Source: the human T2T-CHM13v2.0 reference genome, Homo sapiens. Taken from it: a stretch of 64,000 nt of DNA. The translations under genes were made by a program, and so were the position numbers. How positions within the stretch are numbered: the stretch's first letter is position 1; every line of letters starts with the position of its first letter. The stretch lies in NCBI RefSeq assembly GCF_009914755.1, contig NC_060931.1; one strand, 5' to 3'. The notes under the pieces are model-generated. The model did no database searches and had not been told where the DNA came from. It was given only the letters and a program-made list of their open reading frames with translations. Below, in pieces: positions 58,328 through 64,000 of the stretch.

Positions 58328-59306
58328 GTAAGAGGCACCAGGGTAAACGATGGACTCTCTTTCCTCATCGTTAGCTGATCATTATTCAGAACAAAGCCTG
58401 ATAAAGAGTGCGGTTAGACTCGTCAAAATTATCTGTGTTTAATTAAAAGCATAGATTACAGACCCAACTGTAAAGTTTTGACATTTACATACCAGCTCAC
58501 ATCATTGAGTCTGCAGAGCGTCTCAAGAAGCAAACGTAACATTATCTGGCAAAGGTGCTGATTTCTGTTGTTTTGAACCTTAAAAATAATGTAATTCTAA
58601 AGCAGTCTAATATATGCCATCTTGTTTAATAATCAGCTTGTATCCACATCTCCTGACTATGCCTTCCTTACTCCTGGCCAAGTAATAATTGCTCTCTAAG
58701 TAAAGCCTTGCCTCCATTTAGTTTTGGCATACTCAAACTTTGAGAAGATTTAAGACATAACACATGCAAAAGAACTATCCACAAGAGGGAGACAGATCCA
58801 AATAATTCCCCTGTATTAGGTCAGTTCAAAATCAGGTCGTAGCAAAGTTTAAAATTTGATGACTTGAACTGGAATTGTCAGCAATATTTATTTGTTTAAT
58901 GCTCAAAGGGTTTTTTTAAAAACTAAGGTTTTCAAACTAGCAACTCAGAAAAGATTATTTTAATGTGTTTAAGGGATTTAATATGGATCTAATCCCTCAA
59001 GATAACTTGATTATTAAAATACAGTGTTTTGTTCCTCTGCAGTATTTTTTAAACTTAAAAAAGTTGATTTTGGGAATTCCCTCTTTGCAAAAGTAATTAA
59101 AGAAATAGCTGAAAGTCTTTTGAAAATTTGCAATTTAAGTAGTATTTATAAAGCATTACTGTACTATTTTCTAAAGCATATTTGGACTGTGGTTTCTTCT
59201 TTTAATAGGAAAACTTTATGTGCTGTGACCAGCGATTTTACTTCTTAATCTTTGTCAAATATTCTAGAGGCATGAGAGGACAAAACTCACCATCAACATC
59301 TGTTTC

Positions 59307-59311
59307 TGTGT

Positions 59312-59349
<38 letters not shown>
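59307..59349. repeat. (TG)4TA(TG)16 microsatellite at a splice acceptor
   Basis: Direct reading; followed by TATTTCAG and then the exon. Confidence 0.96.
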
Positions 59350-59351
<2 letters not shown>

Positions 59352-59356
59352 TTCAG

Positions 59357-59483
59357 GGGCAGTGGCAAGTACAGAAGTAAAGCAGAAGCTTCAAGAGTTC
59401 CTACTGAGTAAATCAGCAACGAAAGACACTCCAACTAATGGAAAAAATCATTCCGTGAGCCGCCATCCCAAGCTCTGGTACAC
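59357..59483 (+). CDS. HDAC9: HDAC9 coding exon (127 nt): [43 protein letters not shown]; MEF2-binding segment
   Basis: TTTCAG acceptor ending 59356; donor AC|GTATGT; class IIa HDAC motif [14 protein letters not shown]; phase 1 to 2. Confidence 0.97.
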
Positions 59484-59509
59484 GTATGTTCAGTGTTTGG
59501 CTGTTTTCA

Positions 59510-59745
59510 TTCCTGGGGTAAAGAACACAGGTTCTGTATTTAGCCGACCTGGGTACACATCCTTAGCCTGCCATTTCTCAGCTGTCTGGCTGTGGGCAAG
59601 TTCCTTCAGTTCTCTAAGGATCAGTTTCCTTCTCCATAAAAAGAGGAAAATAATAGTGCATGCCCTCTAGGGTTGCTGGCACGGTCCTATAAAATAACAT
59701 GGTAAGGTACATAACAGAGAGAAGTGCTAAATAAATGGTAGCATT
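59510..59745 (+). mobile_element. MIR
   Basis: TGGGCAAGTT...TCAGTTTCCTTCTCCATAAA core. Confidence 0.65.
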
Positions 59746-61748
59746 TATCAACTTGAGGGCAAGGAAGTATATATGTTCTTTGATGAATGAATAACTGACA
59801 AATGTGAGGTGGGCAAAGAAATTTGTATTTTGCATTTTTCCATTCTCAACTGGTGCATTTGGTATCTATATAGTAATTTCAAAAGGTTTAGCAGATTGTG
59901 ATTTTATTACACTTGACTTGGTGTAAGATGGAGGTCAGAGCTATTTTCAAAAATCTAGTAGAATTTTGTCTCAAATGAAGAAAAAAGGAAGGAAGAAAGG
60001 AAGATAAGGGAGGGTAGGGAAGGGAAGTTGAGAGGTTGCTAAATAAATAACTCTAAGTCTTCAGTGAATAGTTTACCCCTGCCCACCTCACTTCATTTCT
60101 TCCCAGACAGCAAAATAATAGCTTGGCTCCTGACACACAACCTGACAACATAATACACTGTGGTATTGTGGTTTTTATAGAACTGTATTTCTGTAAGTCC
60201 AATACACAAATATTTCAATAAAATATAGAGGATGTGGTGATTTTAAAACTCAGGGCAAAGAACTGATAGGCAAATCATATATGGATAATAAACTAATAGA
60301 TAATAGTTTCATTTCTTTCTTAGAAGTGTTTGCCAAATGACCATATAATTTTACACTTATATATTTTTCAATCCCTCACACCATTAAAGATAGGAATAGT
60401 ACTTGATTACTCTGTTATATTAATATTGTAAGCAGCCTGGGAGTTCTATTTAAAGAGTTAATGTACTTATAAGGCTATTTTATAGGTATCCGCCCTTCTC
60501 TGCATCCCAAAACAGGTAACAGACAGATACCATAATGTTTTATAAATACTTTTTAATGATTTTCATAATTTCTGTCATGTATATCAGTTGACATGAAAAA
60601 CAAATCTCTGAAAAACAATTTCAAATATTCAATCAATATCACGAATGATTTAAAAAGAAACACGATTTTGTTACCTAAAACTACACACATAATTTATAGC
60701 TAATTCATAATTCAAAATTAAAGTCTGTTCTAAGAAAAGATAATAGCATTAAATGAGAAACAGCTACATGCAAAGAATTTGTCGGTTAAAGTTCATTAGC
60801 TGTTCTCTTAGGTAATATTAAGCATAGCTCTCACATGTTACTTAGCAGTATTTACCTTGTTTTTATGAAATTGAACTTCAGTAGAGTCCAACTGCAGATA
60901 ACCACAAACGATTAATTTATAGAATCTGAATTTAATGCCATTTTTGCCAGTTATAGCTAGAAGAAATATCCTTAAACCAATAAAGTCTTAAGAATATATG
61001 ATTTAAATAAATAATACTGGTAGAACAATCATTGTGATGGTGATACTATGTCCTGTTCATTGTTTTCATTACATATGTAATTATAGATATTTATATCTAC
61101 TAGATAGTCAATATTCAGTCCTATAAACTATTCTCCAGCAGCACAGTTGCATCTCTTAGATTGTATTCACCCAGGAAAAAGAAAACATTTAAAAAAATTG
61201 GTTTCATATTAAAGAATGTGATCCCCATTCTTTACTACTGAAACTGCCCCGGAAGTCAGGAGATGGGAGTCCGTTGGCACAATCCTGTCTTTTCAGTAAA
61301 AAAGGCTACTCTCATGTACTCACATGTACTATCTAGCAATTTTTTAAAATGAAGTCCTTGCGTATGTTTACTATTACCTTGATTGTTTTATACTGTTGAC
61401 TAGAAAGGATTGAGATGATGACTTTTCCCCTAGGGTGGCTCTTAAGAGAACATAGGCAGTAATCTCAAATTGTCAAAAGCTCAGACTCTTGGTAAATTAT
61501 TTTAGTGAAGCAAACTTTCTATGTGACTGTATGACCAAACACATGCTGGACATCCTTAGGATCCCTGCATCATTCCATAGCATACTGCTACAGTGAACTT
61601 GGTTATGTGAGGCTATGGTTTGTATACACTAAGGAGAAAGAGCATAAACATAGCTGAGGCACGTGTACAGCGTGTGCAGCTGATTATTGCTGACCAATAT
61701 GCAGTAAAAACTACCAAGTAAATAGTGAAACTTCCTTGTCTTTTCTAG

Positions 61749-61870
61749 GGCTGCCCACCACACATCATTGGATCAAAGCTCTCCACCCCTTAGTGGAACA
61801 TCTCCATCCTACAAGTACACATTACCAGGAGCACAAGATGCAAAGGATGATTTCCCCCTTCGAAAAACTG
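61749..61870 (+). CDS. HDAC9: HDAC9 coding exon (122 nt): [40 protein letters not shown]
   Basis: TTTTCTAG acceptor ending 61748; donor CTG|GTAAGT; DDFPLRKT leads into the conserved RKTASEP 14-3-3 site; phase 2 to 1. Confidence 0.97.
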
Positions 61871-64000
61871 GTAAGTTGGTTTAACAGGAACTCTGTTTGC
61901 TCTTCTGTAACACACCTGTAAGTTTCATTTTGCCACACCTCTAGAAGAAAGTCAAAGGATTTGAGTCGTAGATAATATACCTCCCCACCCCTGCCCCCAG
62001 CATAAGCAAACAATGCACACACATACCCTACTTATTTCTGCATCAGTTGATTCATGACATAATCAAAATATCTCTTTTTCAGTTTAAAAGTTTATCATAT
62101 TTGAACTTTAGCCAAATTGTTTTCTTACTAGGAATAAATAAAAATAAAAATTTCGTATCTCGGAAAATCTAACTCTTCTCCATTAGATAGGGCCTCTGTA
62201 ATATCTTTCATTGTCCTGTTTTTCTGCTGTACCTCAACCATTTACCACAAAAACGAGAATAATAAAGTTTAATTTTTCCAATAAATATTTTACAAACCTT
62301 AAATTTTAATTGTTTTTGTGGTGAAAGCAGGTAAGGCCAAAGCTACCTTCTGAGTAAGTGACTAGCCTAATATCTCATGGATTATAATAGAACTCAGAGT
62401 GAAATTATATCTGATAATCTCATGAAGTTAGGGGAAATAGCGCAATTAAGCTTTTATTTAGAATTTAGTAAACAGTTCTGTGGCTCTAAGGATTGTATTT
62501 GCTGTTCCATCTTCATCTCCTTTCTGAGCATTCTGATATGTATATATTTAATGTCTTATATGCTTTTACTGCTATAATAAATGTTTAACTAGATATACAT
62601 ATAAATAGCATTTGTGTACATTCTATTCTAAATCTCAACGTTGTTTGCCAAATATAGTTCTTTAGAGACAGTAGTAAATTTAAAAATGTTTATCTCCACA
62701 ACTGATCTGAAAAGATATTCATGTAAGATAGCTTGGTCTATTGTATTTGACTCAGATCTACTTGAAGAAGTATAGATTTATTTGTTTTATATATGAAATC
62801 TGCAGAGTGAAAATGATTTCAAATAATTATATTCATTTTCCCAAGCAATTTTGAGAAATTAAAATGAATATAGATTGTAAAAACACATGCCGAAGCTATT
62901 TTTTGTCATATAATTTACCTGTGGCATAATGAAGATTTTAAAATAAAATCAATTATGAATAAGAATTTATTATTCGCCATCTAGCATATATTGAAGGCAC
63001 TAGGAAAGGATGTTTAACTATTGCAAAACAACCTGTGGCTTTTTAATTTAAATAGCCCACATATTTTTGCATTTCTACTAAAAGATGATAAGTATTATAA
63101 AATACCTTAATAGAAGGCTATGCAAAGGCAAGGATAATTGAGTTTTATGTATTGCATCAGAATTCCACCCTATTATCTGCAAATCAGAGTGTCTTATAAA
63201 TAAACTTTTCTAGGATGAAAGAAAGCAAAATGTGAGCCTCTATGTTATTTCTAAAACATGAGTATAGTTTATGAAAAGTGATCCATAAAGGACAGGAGTT
63301 TTAGAATGTGGGGACTTTGATCTGCAGGCTTGACATTTATTTGTGAGTAGCATGAGTAGGAGCTATTTACTGAGATTATGCAGATACTACCCCAGGTCTT
63401 AGGGCAGTGAATGGCATTCAAGAATCTAAGGAGTTACTAAAAGGAAAGAAAAATATGGATTCCCCTTATGGCAGGAGGTTACTGATGAGTGATATAGTTA
63501 CATTCACAGAGAAAGACTTCTATCCTGCTGAGCACAGAGCCTTTGAATATATCCTTACCACTGGGAGATTGAAAACTGACTGCAGAACTGATAACTGACT
63601 TTGAAAAGAAGTGGCATTTGGGAACATTAAGCACCCAGTGAGAAAATCTGATATTTTTAATACTTAAGGAGAAGTACTAAAAACCCATACTTTGTGTCCC
63701 ACTGTTGCCATGCGAACAGCTTAAGGTTTTTCCTCTGTGAAGAATAAATAACAAGCTGTTAATTTATTCTCATAGATTTTTTTCAATCCACAACACAATT
63801 TAAAAAGAAATCCTTCTCAGGATATATATGTTACAAGCCCTATTTAGATTTGTACAAATATGCAAGACATTTTCTGTGCCTTATTATGTGCTATATAATA
63901 ATAGTGAAAAATCCCTGGTCTTTTCTAGAGGTATTTTTTCTGTATTTGATCAGTATTTCATGTTTCTTCCTTTTATGTTGAAAATCTGATATTTATGAAG

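Overview
Primate genomic DNA (human or near-identical), almost certainly from the HDAC9 locus on 7p21.1, with the gene on the + strand. About 53 kb of one large intron is followed by four N-terminal coding exons (53122-53363, 58177/58186-58327, 59357-59483, 61749-61870). They encode the CtBP-binding PLDLR motif, the glutamine-rich region, the MEF2-binding segment and the start of the RKTASEP 14-3-3 site. The intron is full of Alu, L1, L2, MIR, LTR (MER52, MaLR, LTR16) and DNA-transposon fossils, and holds an old sense-oriented CSNK1A1 (CK1-alpha) processed pseudogene. The strongest candidate novelty is in that retrocopy's decayed 5'UTR: it now has a branch point, an acceptor, an ATG and a consensus GTGAGT donor in exactly the phase needed to splice in frame onto HDAC9, giving a predicted N-terminus MILEPEKQD-VDVKSEV. 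Also notable are a 258-bp inverted repeat with nested hairpins, a probable Alu-L1 chimeric retro-insertion, and a (TG)n tract in place of the polypyrimidine tract of the MEF2-binding exon. Repeat family names come from recalled consensus sequences, and ancient-repeat boundaries are approximate. No wholly new system is demonstrated; the splicing claims are predictions.
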